From the human T2T-CHM13v2.0 reference genome, Homo sapiens, in assembly GCF_009914755.1 (NCBI RefSeq), contig NC_060932.1: a DNA stretch of 64,000 bases. One strand, given 5' to 3'. Shown here one piece after another: positions 14,100-28,890 of this stretch. Positions within the stretch are counted from its first letter, which is position 1. Each line of letters begins with the position of its first letter. Under the pieces are notes generated by a model. It did no database searches, had not been told where the DNA came from, and worked only from the letters and a program-made list of their open reading frames with translations. Made by a program: the position numbers and the translations under genes.

Positions 14100-15700
14100 T
14101 ATAGATGATAATTATTAATTTATTCAATTTAAACTAAATGCTTACAACATGCTAGGCACTATTCTAGGTCCAGGGAATACAGAAGGAAAGAAAACAACAT
14201 TCTCTAAAGAAAACTTACATTCAAGTGGAAGGATATAGATAAAAACATATTAACAAATATATACTTTGTTAAGTGGTAATAAGTGATATGAAGAAAAATA
14301 ACTCAAGGTAAAGGCTAGAGAATGATGGGGAAAGGTTGCTAATTTGTATAAAGTAGTTAGAGAAGGCCTCAATTATAAGGTAGAATTTTTTGTTTGGTTT
14401 TGTTTTTTGTTTTGTTTTGTTTTGTTTTGGGAGACAGGGTCTCTCTTTGTCACTCAGGCTGGAATGCAGCAGCATGGTATCAGCTTGACCTGCAGCCTCA
14501 ACCGCCAGGACTCAAGTAATCCTCCCACCTCAGCCTCCTGAGTAGCTGGGACTACAGGCATGTGCCACCATGCCTGGCTAATTTTTTAAAAAACAATTTT
14601 GTAGAGACAGGGTCTCATTGTGTTGCCCAGGCTGATCTCAAATTCCTGGCCTCAAATGATCCTCCTGCCTTGGCCTTCCGGAGTGCTGGGGTTACAGGCA
14701 TGAGCCACTATACCCGGACATATAAGGTAGAATTTGAAAGGTAACCTGATGGAAGTGAGAGAGCCTGTGACTGTCTAGAGGAAGAACATTCCTGGTGAAG
14801 GAATATTAAGTATAAAGATACTGAAGCAGAAGTGTGCTTGGAGTCCTCCAAGAATTAGCAAGGAGGCTAGAAATGCTAGAGCTGACTAAGAGTAGCTGTG
14901 GTAGCAGATGGACTCAGAAGCAATGGTGGGCCAGATGTCATAATGCTTTATAGGCCATGGTAATGACTTTGGTTATATTCTAAATGAGATGGGAAGCTAC
15001 TAAAAGGATTTTGAGCAGAGGAGTTTACATAATCAGCTCTAGAAAGACCACCTTGAGGGTTAGGGGTGCAGGGACAGAGAGATCAGTAAAGATACTATTG
15101 AAATACTTCAAAAAAGAGATGATTATGGCTTGGACCAAAGTGGTAGCAGTGAAAGAGTTGTAGACACAGTGCAATTCTGAACGTATTTTCCATGCAAAAT
15201 TTGCTAATGGATTAGATGAGAAAGAGAGGCGTCAGAGACGATTGTAAGATCTATAAGAACTGAGGGCCATTTACTAAGATGAGGAAGGGTATGACAGATG
15301 CAAGTTTTAGGGAAGAGGGAAATAAAGTGTTTAGTTTTGGACATACTATGTTTGAGATGCCTTTTTGACATCCAAATAGAGATATTAATTAGGCAGTAGA
15401 ACATATGAATCTGGAATCAGGGGAAAGGAGATAGAGCTGGAGATAGAAAATTAAATCTTTTTAACCTATTGATGAAATTGAAAACCATGGAACTGGATGA
15501 AATCTGAGTATGCATGTGTTTAGAAAAGAGATTAGCAGGGTTAAATCTTAGATACTTCAACCTGTAGAGGTTGGGACAACTCAGATCAAATAAAAAAGCT
15601 AAAGAAGGATCGGCCAGTTCATGGAAGAAAGAAGAGGAGGAAGAAGAGAAAGTGGTGTGGAGAGTGGCCCAAGCAGCAAAGAGCAATTAACTATATCAGA
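14100..15700 (-). mobile_element. L2 relic containing an AluJ (-, ~14386-14718)
   Basis: Purine-rich L2 body. Alu TSD TATAAGGTAGAATTT at 14373-14387 and 14721-14735. Confidence 0.75.
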
Positions 15701-15982
15701 TGGTGCTGTTAGTTCAAGACTAACCCCAAACAGGAATTGATTATCAGTGGAGGTAGAGCAGATGGAAAGGTTAGTGGATTGGAAGTCTTTTGTATTAAGA
15801 CTGCTAACTTGTACTACATATATGGAAGACAACAGTACAGGTGGTTCAGGAACAACTTGAACACTGTAGAGGCACAGAAACAGGAAAATGTAAGAAATAT
15901 CTGTGAAGGACAACTCGGGAAGTGAGCTGATGATTGGAGTCTATAGGGGAGAATTCCTGGACAAGAAAAACCAGGGCCAAGT

Positions 15983-16203
15983 ACAGTAAGTCCCCACTTA
16001 ATGTTGTCGGTAGTTCTTGGAAACTGCAGCCTTAAGCGAAACAAAGTACAGCAGGTCTTCTAGTAATGTCATTTCATTCAAGGTCACTTCCTTATAACAT
16101 TGATGAGGAAAATAAACCCAACAACTTGGTGTCATTATACTTAGTTTTGCCTAAAGTCACGGTTTCCAAGAACCTATTGACAACATTAAATGAGGGCTTA
16201 CTA
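15983..16203. mobile_element. MER6-like Tigger-family MITE
   Basis: Inverted termini CAGTAAGTCCCCACTTAATGTTGTC ... GACAACATTAAATGAGGGCTTACT. Confidence 0.65.
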
Positions 16204-17507
16204 GAGTAGAAAACTAATGTGAGGAATTTGAGATTTATCTTAGGTCATAAGGAGCCTTGAAGTATTTTTGAGTATGATAGTGAATAATCCTGTCTGTGTT
16301 TCAGGGAGGTGATTCTGACAGTTGTGTAGACACTGGATTTGATGAGTAAAATAGAGCCAGGCCATGGAAGGTCTTCAAAACCATATGGGGAAACTTGGAT
16401 TTGATCAGATAGGCAAAGGGAGCCACTTGTTAAATTCTTAAATAGAAAAAGACATGAAGACAGTGGTGTTTTGTCCTTTAAAATTAAACTGGAAGTGATT
16501 TACAAGATGGATTAAAGTGGTGACAGATTGGAAACTCTGCTGATTCCCCTGGCTTTTCCCCTGGAATTTTCCTTGCTGGTTTGTAAAATATCTTGTTTCT
16601 TTTTATAAGAGAGATTTAGCCCCAAATATGGAAAATCTGACTTTCTTTAATCTCTTCTTAGTGTTTTAGTTAAAGAGAGTTATCACAGAGAAAGCACAGG
16701 CAAGGCTTTACCTGGTAGTGTCTAGGTGGTAACAGGTGTAGACTTTGATTCTCACACATTTATCAAATATTTATTGAAGACTTTCCCATTTGGTGATCAC
16801 AATATCGAGCTATGGGGAAACAAGGGAAGCCAGTCCCAGCCCACAAGGAGTTTACAATTTAGTCAGAGTAGCAAGTGTGTAAAATGTAAACTAGTCATAG
16901 CACCAAATGAGAGTGTCTAGGCAGAATACTCCTGGGAGTCTAGGGGAGGAAGTTCCTCGCTGCCAGAGAACGTTCGAGTTTCATGAAGAAGGCAACATTT
17001 GACTACCTCTACTTGAATAGATAGATGTTTGGCTGGCTAAGAAGAGGAGAAAGAATATTTCAGGCAGAGGGCAGAGCAGGCACACAGGCTTGGCCTTGAG
17101 GAAAAGCCTAGTGTGATTGGAGACTGTGAGGTTTTATGGCTAGAGGGCACAGCGTGCACTGTGTTGAGTGGCAGGACAAGAGTCTGCTGCACTGAGGGAT
17201 CAGAGGGAAATTGTCAGAAGCCTGTGGACTGTGCCAAAGAGTCTGAATTCTATCCTGCAGGCCAGTGATCCTTAACATGATATTCCTGTTGACCCTTTTG
17301 ACATCTTCCTTTGCCATGCTTCCCTCTGTGTCTCTTGTTCAAATTCAGATTATCAGCCATGACAGGGATAAAACAACAACCAAACCAACCTTGGGATCAT
17401 CACCCATACAAACTAAATACTGCAATAGTCTTCCAAAGGGTCTCCCTGTCCTGGTCTTGCCTCTGTCCACACTGCTGTCTTGATGATCTAAATTAGATCT
17501 AACCCTT

Positions 17508-17892
17508 TTATGGGCTGAATTATATTCTCTCCATGTTCATATGTCAAAGTCACAACTTCCAGTACCTCAGAATGTAGCTGTATTTGGAAGTAGAGTCTTT
17601 AAAGAGGTGACTAAGTTAAAATGAGATTATTGGGGTGGGCTCTAATCCAATATAACTGATGTCCTAATAAGAAGAGGAGATTAGGACACAGATATGTACA
17701 GAGTAAAGACCATGTAACAACACAGGGAGAGATGGACATCTATAAGCCAAAGAGAGGCCTCGGAAGAAACAACCCTATCAACACCTTTATCTTGGACTTC
17801 CAGCCTCCGGAATTGTGATAAAATAAATTTCTGTTCTTAAACCCAACCAGTCTGTGGTAGTTGGTTATGGTGGCCCTAGCAATTTAATATAC
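17508..17892 (+). mobile_element. MaLR LTR (MLT1A/B-like)
   Basis: CCAGTACCTCAGAATGT, CTTGGACTTCCAGCCTCC and AATAAATTTCTGTT motifs. Confidence 0.8.
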
Positions 17893-18233
17893 TCTGTCAC
17901 TTCCAATTTTGTGTAATATAAAGTCAAAACTTCTTAGCCCATGAAATAAAGTTCTTCGGGACCTCATCTCTCCAGAACCCTACACCCCTTCCACAGTAAG
18001 CTCTGCTCAAGTAAGCCACCAAGTTTATTGTTTCTTCAATAAAGCTCCTTCAGTCTAAAATGCTCTTCTGTCCTCACCCTGTTGATCACCTTGTCATATT
18101 TTAAGATTTGGATGAAGCATCTTTTTATTCTCTATTTCCCATTAGCAAAACTTATCTAAAGTCGTCAGTCTCTTCTTCTACCACTCTCTACTGGCAACAA
18201 ACTTTTATCTCAGAGCCTATAACATTATTATTA

Positions 18234-18530
18234 CTTTTTTTTTTTTTTGAGATGGAGTTTCACTCTGTTGCCCAGGCTGGAGTGCAGTGGCACAATCACA
18301 GATCATTGCAGCCTGGGCCTCCTTGGGCTCAGGTGATCCTCCCACTCCAGCCTCCCGAGTAGCTGGGACTATAGGCACGTACCACCATACCCAGCTAATT
18401 TTTATATTCTTTGCAGAGAAGGAGTTTTGCCATATTGCCCAGGCTGGTCTCAAACTCCTGGGCTCAAGCGATCTGCCTGACTCGGTGTCTGAAAGTGCTA
18501 GGATTACAGGCGTGACCCATGGCACCTGGC
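18234..18530 (-). mobile_element. AluJ
   Basis: Reverse Alu with TSD AGCCTATAACATT. Confidence 0.92.
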
Positions 18531-18674
18531 CTCAAAGCCTATAACATTTTAGTTTGCTTTTTTTGTTGTTGTTGTTTCCTCCTACTAAACATCTTCATAA
18601 CAAAAGACTATGAATATCTGTTATTATAGTTCCAGTTCCCATCTCAGTACCTGGCACATAAAAGTTATTCAGTA

Positions 18675-18972
18675 GGCCAGACACGGTGGCTTATGCCTGT
18701 AATCCCAGCACTTTGGGAGGCCGAAGCGGGCAAATCACGAGGTCAGGAGTTTGAGACCAGCCTGGCCAACATGGTGAAACCCTGTCTCTACTAAAAATAC
18801 AAAAATTAGCTGGGCATGGTGGCATGTGCCTGTAGTCCCAGCTACTCAGGAGGCTGAGGCAGGAGAATCGCTTGAACCCAGGAGGCGGAGGTTGCAGGAC
18901 CCGAGATCGTGCCACTGCACTCCAGCCTGGGTGACAGAACAAGACTCTGTCTCCAAAAAAAAAAAAAAAAAA
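18675..18972 (+). mobile_element. AluS (Sg-like)
   Basis: Dimeric Alu with poly-A tail. Confidence 0.93.
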
Positions 18973-21103
18973 GTATTTAATAAATGTAAATGCTCTAGAA
19001 ATAAATGAATGTGCACAAAACCTGGATATCTAGAACTATGTGTTCTTGAAAGAAATTGGCTTATGTTTTGGGATAGTCTAATGAATACCTGCCACTACTG
19101 TGGTGCACATATTTTAGCAATCAGAATGTTCATATCTGCTGATTCCATATATCTCAGATATTTCTAAATAGTCTTAACATTTTAATCAAATAACCTTTCC
19201 TGTATACTACATGCAGATGCCTATTACAATTCAATGTCTGCCTTCTTTCGTTATATTTCCAGCTCATTTAGTCAACACACATTTTCTTCATCCCTCTTCT
19301 GAGCCAGACACAGTGCTAGATTCTGAGGGTAAAACAAAACAAAACAAAAATGACTAAAATACTGTTCCTATGTAAAGGAACTCACTGGTTGGTAGAAGGG
19401 ACAGATAGGTCAAAACTTAGAATTCTGCTGCAGTGTGATAAGTACAACCATAGAGATGGGTTATGAACTATTAATGGAGTAGTTTAATTAGATTAAAATA
19501 TATACGTATCTTACATCTAAGTGTTTTCTATGTCTTTTTGTAAAATAATTATTGTTTCTTGGAGTATGTATCTTCAGAAGATGACTTTTTCCTGACCTTA
19601 TTCTCTTGCTCTTGAGGGACCTTATTGGAACTTCCTATGATTACACCTAATGCCTGTGTGAGAATTTCCAGAAGCCTTAATCCTGCTGTCATCCTCATTA
19701 AAGAATCACCTGGAGAGAAGATGCCTTTGGAGAACTTTAATCCCCTTCTTTCTTCACTTACCACCTCATATAAAGCTAGGATTGACAGTCAATTTTACTC
19801 TATTTCTGAGGCCTCGTAATATGTGAAGTGAAGGATATTGGGAAAGGGGAACTGTCACTGTTCTTTCTCATCTGTCCCCAACACTAGGCCCTGGAATGTG
19901 GCTACCCCATTCTTTGGGGGAAGGTAGCAATTTCCAGTAATTGGGAGTATCTCAGAGGAATCTAAAAGAATTGTGGTAAAGCTAGAAGAGTTGACAAGCT
20001 AATATAAACCACTAGCCAGTTCAGAACATAATTAAAATACCTATGTATTTGTTTAAATACTTCTAATTTTGTGTGTCTCTTGTAGAATATTCTGTCTGTG
20101 TTATCCGTCTTTAAAAATTCCTGCAGTATAGATAAACACTCCCTGCCTGATTACCAGACCAAGTGGTTGGTGATTGTGCTTACTGATAGAAATACAGTGA
20201 TACTGGAATGCAGCATAGATTTCTAATAATGACAGTTACCCACTGAATGCATTCTCTCGGCTAATAGACAGTTTGAATTATCTGGCCAAAAATCTTATTT
20301 AGCATTTATTTAAAATATTTGGTGTGAAAAATACAGGCTCTTTAAGAAAGTAATTTTAAAATAAAATTGTCATGTTACATTAAGTCATGTATCTCAAGCC
20401 AATGCTATAATTAACTGACTATGAGGGAATTAAGCTAGTATTGCATGCAAGTCAAGTTACTGATCTAGCCAAAAAATAAAAAGTAAATATTGAGATGATG
20501 TAGGGAGCCAGGCAGATATTCAGCCTGGAATTCAAACAGGAAAACAGGGTTTTCCAGGGACTTCAGAGGCCCAAGGCAGAAGAGTTAACCAACGAGAACA
20601 GTAATACTGTTCAAAGTTAAGGTATGCCCTTTGTCATGTTGTATTTACTTACCTGTTTACCCATCTGTCCCTTCCACTAAACTATGAGTTCTACAAGGTC
20701 TGGAATTAGGTGTATTTATAACTATACCCCATGTACCTTTTGGAAGGAATAAAGAAAAAGGAAAGGAGGCCTGTAGTTAGTTCACAGAAGAACAACTGGG
20801 ATTCATGGGTGCTTGAATATTTTAACATTATATCAAACTAACCTGATAATGTGAGGCTATGAATATGGTTAGAGAAGTCTTCCCTGACTTTCCTATGTAG
20901 AATGGCTCCCCCAGTTTCTCATCACCTTCTTGTCATGTGACAAGAACTAAGTGAAGCCACAGAGATACAAAGATGCCTAAGACGATGGTTTTAAGGCAGC
21001 GGCAGATACAAAGCAGAGCTCTGTCTGTAGCTGCTGGAAAAGGTTTATCTAGACTACTAGCTTCACTAATAGTCTTTATCTCTTCATGTCTTTTTTATTT
21101 TAA

Positions 21104-21583
<480 letters not shown>

Positions 21584-22418
21584 TGATTGTAACTTATAAG
21601 TTACCCAGTGAACACATTCTTCCACAAAACACCATTATTCAAAACCTTGAATAATTTTCCTAATGTTCTTAGACTTGTTTTAACATGTGAAGTTACTATT
21701 TTGAGCTGTTTTGTGGGCACATCTTCCTGGCCTGCTTTCCTTGTCTGTAGATGTTTATTTGCTCCTTTTTTTTTTTAAATAATAATTGTGTATGGGATTT
21801 TCCCTCCGTACTCTCCTGGTGTTCAGTTCTAGTTTTTCCCACATTTTTACAATGGGATGGAATGGAGGAAATCTTTTCTGACTTTAAGAAGCTCCCACTT
21901 CTGTTGTTTTTGCATAGTGGTCAAAGCGTCAGTGGCTTGCTTTCTGGGATTTCCTGGCCCCGAGCCCTCTCCACTGGACCTTTACTTTTCTTTATCCCAT
22001 TTATCCCAATGCTGCTTTGGATTGTTTGCAGCAGATTCTTGTCAGTGTGGGGCCATGTCCCAGATGGGAGTGAGCAGTGGCGAGTCACAGGTTTTGGAGT
22101 TACAGGCAGGCTGGACTGCTCCGGTGCCCACAGACTGCCAGCAGGAGCGCCACCCTGGCTAAGAGGACAATGTGCTGTCTCCTATCTGGCTGCTCTGAGC
22201 AGTGGCCTGCAAGCCCACAGCTGCTGAGGCTCCTGCCTGCACCTGCTCTCACCTGCTGGCAGTGATCTCAGTCCTCAGCTTCATGGCTACCTTCTTCCTC
22301 CCGCACAGAACCTGACAGTCTGTGACTGTTGAGGGGTTACCACCACCTGCTTGTATTTTGAGGTCCCCTAGCTTTATTGTAAATGTTGCTTAGGTGTTTT
22401 GGCTTTGCCATCTAGTTG

Positions 22419-22419
<1 letters not shown>

Positions 22420-22472
<53 letters not shown>

Positions 22473-22475
22473 TGT
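22420..22475. repeat. (TG)n microsatellite
   Basis: About 27 TG units with one interruption. Confidence 0.97.
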
Positions 22476-24842
22476 AGGAATTCAGAGATTGACAATTTGG
22501 GCCACCGCCATCTCCCCCAAATACCAGTCAACTGCTTTTAAAACTAGGACAAACTAGAAATGAGCATTTATGACCTTCCAGAAAGGCTCTTTGAATTAAA
22601 GAACAGTCCTAAATATTTATCAAATGTATTTTCCCATGTCCCTATCAGCACCCACTATTCAGCCACTTATTGTTTTCCTAACCAGTTCAGCTGTGTTCCG
22701 TTTACTCCCACCCCTCACTCACAGTTTAAGTAACCTTTCTAGTATGCAAATACGACTATGTCACTTGTATTCCTACTGATTCAATCCTAAGTTCTTTGGC
22801 AGGGCATCCAAGGTCCCCATGACTGGGGTCTTTCTCCCTCTTTGCTCTGATGTCCCGTCACTTAGCCTTCAAACTCTGTACATTAATAATACTGGTCTGC
22901 TTGCAATCATGTACATACATGATGTTCTTTCAAGCCTCAGTGCTTCTGTGTGTCTTATTGTGTCTGCCTGGATTGTATTTCCCACTTTTCTTCTTCTGGC
23001 TAATTCTTACTGGACTTCCCAGGCTTCACTGCCCTTCTCTGAGTTCCCACAGCATCTTGTACTTATCTTTATTCTGTCATTTACCAAGTAAGATATATGT
23101 TATATGCTAAAGTGTCTATTTCCTCTACTTGGCAGTAAACTAGGGTCCATATGTTACTCATCCATGTGCCCCAGCATCAAACACAGTGTCTTGCACATAG
23201 ATAGTTTTAATATCTTCACTGCTTCTTGCTTCTACCTGTCCTTTCTGAGTCATTTTACCTCTCTTGGTATTTCAGCTATGCCCCATTTCATCTACTGCCA
23301 TGGTATATTAAAAGAGAAAAATATCAGTGCTGATGACTCCCAAATTCCTCTTTCTGACTCAAGCACCTCATCTGAGCTCCAGATCATTTATTCAACTTAT
23401 TCGTTAACATCTGCAATTGCATGTCTCCCAGGAATCCAAAATCAAGGTCCAGCCCTCCACTAGTGTTCCCTTTCTTGATCAATGGCACCCTGTTGATCAT
23501 GCCAGAAGACAAAAGTCATGCTAACTCATTGTGTTTTTTTTAATTGCCAAGCATCAGCTTTCGTTAATTCCACCTTCCAAGTTTATCTCAGATTTATTGT
23601 TTTCTCACCTTTTCCAGTCACTGCACCAGTTGAAGCCATATCATCTCTCACCTGAAGCCACTGCAAATAGATTCCTAACTATATCCCTGTTTCCACTCTT
23701 GACTTTCTCTAATCAATTTACACACGATAGACAAAATTACCCTTTGAAAATGAAAACCTGATTATATTATCCTCTGCTTAAAACCAATCAATGGCTTTTT
23801 GTTGTTCTTAGCATGAAACCTGAAAATCCTTAAATTGGCCTGTAAGTTCCTGTTCTTCCTTTTGTGCACGGGCTTTCTTTAATTTCCTTAAATTTAAACA
23901 GCTCCTTCCAATCATCCAGTTATGCTGTTTCCTCTGCCTAGATTCTCCTCTCCATCCTCCTTCATCCTCACTGGGGCAAACTCCTATTCTAGCTTTGAAA
24001 TGGTAACAATTTTTCTTTTTATATTATTTGTTGCATCCCTAAGCACAGTTCCGTTTTGCTTGTTTGTGAACTTTACATAAATGAAAACACACTGTATCCG
24101 TCCTTTTGTGACTTGGATTTTATGTTCAACATTATGTGTAAAGGATTCATTCATGTTGCTGAGTGTATTGTTTGTTCATTTTCACTGCTTTATAATATTT
24201 CACATTTCCACAAAATCTATTTTAGACTCGATGAAGTTTAGGGTTTCTAGTTTTGGGCTATACTGAGCTATGAATGATGCTGCTATGAACCTTCTACAAA
24301 TATTCTAGTCTACCCATGCACCCATTTTTTCAGGTATATACCTATGAACTTTGGCAGTTAATACCAAACTGCTCTCTAAAGTGGGCATTCAAGATTACAC
24401 TCTTCCCAGGAGTATATAAGAGTTATTGTTGCTGTATATCCTTGCTGACACTTTTTAATTCATGGCAATCTGATGGAAGTATATGTTGCATACACTTTTT
24501 TATTGTAAATTAGTGTTATATAAAATAATAATATGGTGATATATGGTTGATTAGTTCCAAAAGATGACCACAACAATTCTTCTTACCTCAGTCTCCTTCT
24601 GCAATGTGAATCTGTAGCTTCTTCATTAAAAAGTAGAGTCTACTTCTCTTCCCCCTAAATATGGGCTGGCCCCATGACTTGCTTTGACTTCTAGGTCTGG
24701 GTCTTCAGAAGCCTAGCAGCTTCTAAGTTTATTTTCATGGAATCCAGCTGCCCTATAGATAAGTTCAGGCTAGACTACTGAATTATGACAGTCTATGCAG
24801 AGTGAGGCCAAGTCATCTCCCAGCTCTTCCAACCATCCCAGC

Positions 24843-25248
24843 TGATGTGGTTTGGATCTGTGTCCCTTCCTAAGTCTCATGTTGAATTGTAATCCCCAGT
24901 GTAGGAGGTGGGGCCTGGTGGGAGGTGATTGGATTATGGGGGCAGAGTTCTCATGAACAGTTTTGCACCATTACCCCCTTGATACTGAATAGTAAGTGAG
25001 TTCTCATGAGATCTGGTTGTTAAAAGTGGGTAGCACCTCCCCTGCCACCTTCCTCCTGCTCTCAGCCATGTGAAGTACCAGCTTTCTCTTCACTTTCTGC
25101 CATGATTGTAAGTTTCCTGAGGTCTCCTTAGAAGCCAAAGCTGCTATGCTTCCTGTACAGCCTGCAGAACTGTGGGCCAACTCTTTTCTTTGTAAAATTA
25201 CCCAGTCTCAGGTATTTATTTACAGCAGTGCAACAACTGACTAATATA
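24843..25248 (+). mobile_element. MST (MaLR) solo LTR nested in an older MLT1 LTR (~24545-25480)
   Basis: TGATGTGGTTTGGATCTGTGTCCC start and ACTAATATA end. 5-bp TSD CCAGC at 24838-24842 and 25249-25253. Confidence 0.85.
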
Positions 25249-25629
25249 CCAGCTAAGATGCCAGATATATGAGTGAAGTCATCTTAGACAACCAGCCTCG
25301 GTTGAGCCTTCAGCCGAATGCAGCTGCATGAGTGACCCCAGTCAACATCATGCAGTGACATAATATATGGCTGTTATTTTTTTTCTTTATTACCACTCCC
25401 TTAGAACAGCATGAAGGCTGTGATTCTAAAGCCACAGAGTTGTAGAAATTTTATTATACAGCAATAGGTCGTTGAATCACAATATATAAAAAGCCTTAAA
25501 AATCCTTATATCCCTTGTATCAGTTTCCTTTAAAAAAGAATCTATCTTAAAGATATATTCAAAATATTATCTTTAAGTGAGTACAAAAATATTCCCTGTA
25601 GTGTTATTTACTTTTAAAATATATATATA

Positions 25630-26380
<751 letters not shown>

Positions 26381-26687
26381 TATGATGCATTCATGAGATA
26401 GAACACTATACAGACAAAACTACATTGAAAGGATTTTAATGACATTGGAAACTGCTGAAGAAAAATATCAGGTGGTAATGAATCTATCTATCTTTCTATC
26501 TTCATTTCATTCCTGACTTGTTTAAAAAATTGTACATAGAAAAAGACTAAAATTAAATGGAAAAAAATAAACACATTAACAATGGTTTGATGGTTTGATT
26601 TAATTTTTCCCATTCTTTGAAAGTTTTTTACAGAGACCATATGTTGCTTATATATACAGAAAAGAAGCTAAGGTTGTTTTTTGGAGT

Positions 26688-27034
26688 ACAGTCATATACC
26701 ACATAATGATGGTTTGGTCAGTGACAAACCCACATATACTATATCATGGTCTCCTAAGATTATAGTACATATTTTTACTGTACTTTTTCTATGTTTAGAT
26801 ACACAGATACTTACCATTGTGTTACAACTGCCTGCAGTATTCAGTACAGTAACATGCTGTGTGGGTTTGTAGCCTAGGAGCAATAGGCTATACCATCTAG
26901 CATAAGTGTGTGGTAGGCTATACCATCTAGGTTTGTGTAAGTACACACTGATGTTAGCACAGTGATGAACTAGCCTAAGGACACATTTCTCAGAACATAT
27001 CTCATCTCCTCATTGTTAAGTGACAGAAGACTGT
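26688..27034. mobile_element. Tigger3/MER7-like MITE
   Basis: TA-CAGTCAT...ACATAATGA start and GTTAAGTGACAGAAGACTG-TA end. Internal GCCTAGGAGCAATAGGCTATACCAT. Confidence 0.8.
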
Positions 27035-27604
27035 AGTAGAAAATCTGCAGTTAAATTTGACATGCTCTGGCAGAAAAAAATGCCTCTACAGTTGAAATCA
27101 CACAGGCTGTAGTACTCTACTTCCCCTGGTGGCAATCGGTTCAAATTTCAGGAGCAGACCTGAAGGCTTGATAGCTCAGATTTTTCAAAGTTGAACAATA
27201 TAGCGTTTCTATCTCTTAATTTATCAGAATTAATAAGAAAAAAAGGCCATACTATTTTACTGTTAGAATTATTTTGTAAAGCAAAGAGCATTTGAAAGTC
27301 CTGAAGGTAGGAAGAACATAATCTGAAAATAAATGACAATCCTTTAGATACATCTAACTTTATGAATAACTCACTATGGTCTTATTTATTTTCATTTTTC
27401 TATGGACTGGTGGAAACTTCATTTGGGAAACTCTGGCTCAAAGAAAGAAAAAACAATGCTAAAAGTTAAAATTACACAGGGATAGCAAATGTCATATATA
27501 TTCTTCCTTGGTAGGAAAGCACCTAGGTTTCCCAATAAATTATCTTTAAAGTAGAGAGTAATAGAACTTCTAGAGCCATTGAGTTAAGTTAGGTTTCTTT
27601 CTAG

Positions 27605-27762
27605 GGCAGAGTTTCTCTAAGTGGAAGTGCTTATTAAATAATCGGTCTCAGGGACCCTACCCTAGACCCACCGATATTGAACCTCTGGGATTGTGACCTA
27701 GGAATCTAGATTTTTAACAACATCCTCAGGAGAGTCTTACACACTTAAACTTGGAAACATTG
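27605..27762. mobile_element. MER5-like fragment
   Basis: CCTAGGAATCTAGATTTTTAACAACATCCTCAGG motif. Confidence 0.5.
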
Positions 27763-28713
27763 TCTTTGAGGGGTTCTCTATCTTGATCTGGTTGGCGGTT
27801 ACATGGCTGTAGACTATGGAAAGATTTATCAAGATGTACACTTGTGTACTTTACATAAATGACACCTCATTAAAAAGCAAAAAGAAACAAAAAATGCTAG
27901 GAATTACATAATGCTTTAACAAAACAAGTAAACTTATTGTTTTGAAATTTTTAATTAACATTTGTGGCCATAATTTATATATTTCTGTTGTACTGAAGCA
28001 GATTGTTTTGCATTTTTGTTAGCAAACTTCGGCAGTGGTCATTTTAGAAACAATCTTGTACATACTTTTGATTAAAACACTTGATTTTGTTAGTGAAAAA
28101 AGAATTCTAATTTATAGCCAAGAATTTTTGGCCACTATTTTTTTTCTTGGATATAGATAACATTTATTATTTTACATTTTAAAAAATTTATATTACTTTA
28201 GGAGGTTGATGAGTCAAGTAAATGGTACTTTGAACACCCTGTTGTCTTTGTTTTGTGGCAGTGAAGAAATGAAAATTTCTGTAAAAAGAAAGAGAGGAAA
28301 GAAGGAAAGAAGGGTGGGAGCTGGAAGGAGAAAGGGAGGGAGAAAAGAAGGAAGAAAAACAAGGAAAAACAGAAGGAAAGAAAATGGAAGCAACCATTGC
28401 CCCAAGGACAAACTATTCCTGCCCACCCTCTCAAAACTAATCCCCTCAAATAGCCCAAGACGTTTCATATGTTTTTATCCTTAGTTACATCTCCAGCTAT
28501 TTATTCTTTGATTCCCATCTAGAACAGCCTCTAGCTATTGTAACACTTTATGTTTGAATATATTTTGTCATTGTTTCCATTAGTGTGTCTGTACAAACTT
28601 TTTTTTTTTTTTTTAAATATGACTGTTACTCCATTGAAAAGAGAAGAGCAGGATTCACTGTAAGGGGCAGAGAATCTGTGGCCTCTCATTTTGATCCCTG
28701 ATTTATCACACAC

Positions 28714-28890
28714 CTTCACAGTTTTACCAGTGTCAGAAGGAGGCCTGTTTTCTCCTGGAATGCTACATTCTTTGGGGATGAAGTGTTTTGAGTCTTTAGC
28801 ACTGCATTGGAGTGTCTCTGGAGTGTTTAGCATCTGGATACAGCCGTCATCACAGTAATGAGAGATAGAGCAGGCCAGAGCTGGCTCTGT
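28714..28890 (-). other. Candidate upstream exon (177 nt, open frame, phase 0/0)
   Basis: Acceptor CCTGTTTTTCCCTCCAG|ACA and donor AAG|GTGTGT. Translates without stops: TEPALACSISHYCDDGCIQMLNTPETLQCSAKDSKHFIPKECSIPGENRPPSDTGKTVK. Confidence 0.5.

Noticed and set aside
21751-22265. Overlapping ORFs in a locally GC-richer stretch
   Set aside because: No recognisable homology, CpG-depleted, no convincing exon boundaries; probably an ancient repeat remnant.
26860-26940. Repeated TAGGCTATACCATCTAG units resembling a short array
   Set aside because: Internal repeat belonging to the Tigger3/MER7 element; not CRISPR-like, and the DNA is eukaryotic.
28188-28484. K/R-rich and F/S/L-rich ORFs
   Set aside because: Products of a GA-rich low-complexity tract.
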